64,000 nt of DNA. It comes from Candidatus Babeliales bacterium. Its GTDB lineage: Bacteria > Babelota > Babeliae > Babelales > JACPOV01. Position 1 is the stretch's first letter, and the number at the start of each line of letters is the position of its first letter. Where the stretch lies: the NCBI GenBank assembly GCA_050250855.1, contig JBFWNW010000001.1, positions 128,001 through 192,000 on the forward strand. Direction: 5' to 3'. The position numbers and the translations under genes were made by a program. This document shows positions 62,316 through 64,000 of this stretch, piece by piece. The notes below the pieces were generated by a model, which saw only the letters and a list, made by a program, of their open reading frames with translations, was not told where the DNA came from and made no database searches.

Positions 62316-63500
62316 CTATTTTTCCCAACAGCTTGCCATACGTAAAAAGCAAAACTGTTCTATCTCTCTGCTTAGAGAGCCATCAGCTTTTTTGGTATAA
62401 AGAGGTTCTTTGGCGTATGAAAGATTTAGTATATCTTCATAGGTTGTTGCATTTAGAAAAAGCTTTTCAAGTGGTAGCTCAACAATTTTGCCATAACCAA
62501 ATTGATAGCCAATAGCGGCAATAATACGGTTATGCTCAAGGCAACTCACTACAAGTAATCCTCCAGGCACAAAAAGTAGATCTCCTTGCAAAAGAGAATC
62601 TGTTGGTTGTAGCGGTTTAAGATTTTTTGCTGCGGTAATAGTATTTTTAAAATAGTAAGGAATGCCGCAAATTTGAGCAGCCCGCAATATTAATCCAGAA
62701 GCATCAAAGCCTGTAAAAGGTGCTGCGCGAAAAGATGGTTGCCAATATTCTATAAGCTGGCCATCAGCAGAAATACTTTCTTCTTTTGTATACGTATGAG
62801 GATAATATTTTTCTGTAAAAGAAGTACCGCCCCAGACAAGAGGGATGGAGCCGAGATCTTCAGAAGCCCACATGCGTAGCAAAGTAACAAAATCATCTAT
62901 TTTTTGATTATTGCCTTTTTGACTAGGTTCTGTGCAGAGGTAGAGAGGGACTTTAGCTGATGTTGTAGCTTTTACTTGGGGATTATAAAAAACAATAGAA
63001 TAATAATGATTATTTTTTTTTGTCATAATAAAACGGGTTCCAGCAGAAAACAGTGTATTCGTCTCTTCATGATAATAAGGGAGTTTGAGAGTGATAGTAT
63101 TTTCATAGCGTGTATCAGGATTTTGGTAAGAAAGAGGCTGAGGAATTACTCTTTTTTCTGATTCGTGAAGCTTAGAAAAATAGGTAAGATTCTTTTTTAA
63201 GGTCCATACGGTATTTTTTTTCTCTTGCCCTGATTGCATAAAAAAGTGTGGCGCAGCAACAAGAGCTTCATACTCACGCTCTTCAAGCACTGTTACCACT
63301 TCATTAAAAAGAAGTTGGTGAATACGAGGGCAGTTTTCAATACTATTTTTTTGCCCGGCCCATGATATGGGTAATTCATGGTAAGGTCTACCAAGCGGTT
63401 CTCCTGTACAATCAACAACCGGAGCGGTAACAACAGCATATTCGCCATACATAAAGATGCCATGAAGCAAGAGTATTGTTAAGATAGAGATTTTTTTCAT
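62316..63500 (-). CDS. Secreted NlpC/P60-like protein, catalytic residues apparently lost
   Basis: QLLFNE SH3-like region, PLVWGGTS, GFDASGL (C replaced by A), GDLLFVPGG (H replaced by G). Confidence 0.75.
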   Translation of the reverse strand: MKKISILTILLLHGIFMYGEYAVVTAPVVDCTGEPLGRPYHELPISWAGQKNSIENCPRIHQLLFNEVVTVLEEREYEALVAAPHFFMQSGQEKKNTVWTLKKNLTYFSKLHESEKRVIPQPLSYQNPDTRYENTITLKLPYYHEETNTLFSAGTRFIMTKKNNHYYSIVFYNPQVKATTSAKVPLYLCTEPSQKGNNQKIDDFVTLLRMWASEDLGSIPLVWGGTSFTEKYYPHTYTKEESISADGQLIEYWQPSFRAAPFTGFDASGLILRAAQICGIPYYFKNTITAAKNLKPLQPTDSLLQGDLLFVPGGLLVVSCLEHNRIIAAIGYQFGYGKIVELPLEKLFLNATTYEDILNLSYAKEPLYTKKADGSLSREIEQFCFLRMASCWEK

Positions 63501-63507
63501 TAACTCA

Positions 63508-64000
63508 TTAACCTTTCATGCTTTGATCAGTGATAAATTTCTTCATAAAGCGGTCTGGTTGAATAATGCCGCCAGAAATAATTAAAGACATTGCCTCTTG
63601 GCGCGTCATATTAACAACTTGATAATCTCCCTCTGAAACTAAAATGAGATATCCCGTTGTAGGGTTCGGTGTAGTAGGGATAAAAATATTATAAAACTTT
63701 TTATGTTGAGCGGGGGATACTTCCTGTGGTACTTCTGATGTCAAAAATCCGATACTAAAAACACCTTGGCGTGGAAATTCTACCAAAACAACTTGTTTGA
63801 AGGTTAATTTTTCAGGCACAGTAAATGCTTGTACTAATTGTTTGATGCCAGAATAAACAGGATTCATAAGAGGAATTCTAAAAAATACTCTTTCTAGTGC
63901 ATGTAAGAATGATCGCAAAAAGAATGTTCTAAAGATTGCGCCAATGATAAGGATAAAAAGCAGTACAAGAAAAATCTCAGAATGAGGAATGCGCTGTAAT
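63508..64000 (-). CDS. DUF502-family membrane protein (5' end outside window)
   Basis: RIP..VYSGIKQ, VLVEFPR, FIPTTPNPTTGYL, IISGG; frame stays open to the window edge. Confidence 0.9.
   Translation of the reverse strand, partial: LQRIPHSEIFLVLLFILIIGAIFRTFFLRSFLHALERVFFRIPLMNPVYSGIKQLVQAFTVPEKLTFKQVVLVEFPRQGVFSIGFLTSEVPQEVSPAQHKKFYNIFIPTTPNPTTGYLILVSEGDYQVVNMTRQEAMSLIISGGIIQPDRFMKKFITDQSMKG

Overview
AT-rich bacterial chromosome segment. The rRNA sequences and the many signal-peptide-bearing orphan, ankyrin and beta-helix genes suggest a host-associated member of Dependentiae/Babelota (TM6); this is inferred, not database-checked. Housekeeping content: a complete rRNA operon (16S-Ile-Ala-23S-5S), 9 tRNAs, prfB, gmk, dcd, radA, tdk, murA, a lone atpG, tsaE, the rpmG-secE-nusG-rplKAJL-rpoBC cluster without tuf, and rpsO-pnp-rph-holA. 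The main accessory feature is a 14.7-kb operon of five secreted, Cys-rich beta-helix paralogues (13961-28693). They share a layout: signal peptide, pro-region ending in Arg-Ser, a CxKFxQTWTIL stalk motif, a beta-helix, and a conserved C-terminal N-[LIV]-[SDN]-[IV]-x-P motif. The fifth gene expands the stalk into 12 near-identical tandem repeats and has a 7-blade WD40 propeller inserted in its beta-helix. This is the best candidate for an undescribed surface fibre/coat system. Other notable items: a secreted caspase-fold protease with a large insert, a circularly permuted D-amino-acid oxidase, an unannotated 25-aa Cys microprotein, a small palindromic repeat family with covarying stems, a deviant 23S GTPase centre (A1067U-equivalent), a Cys-rich RpoB insertion, and a catalytically dead NlpC/P60 protein. 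No CRISPR array, integrase or transposase was seen.
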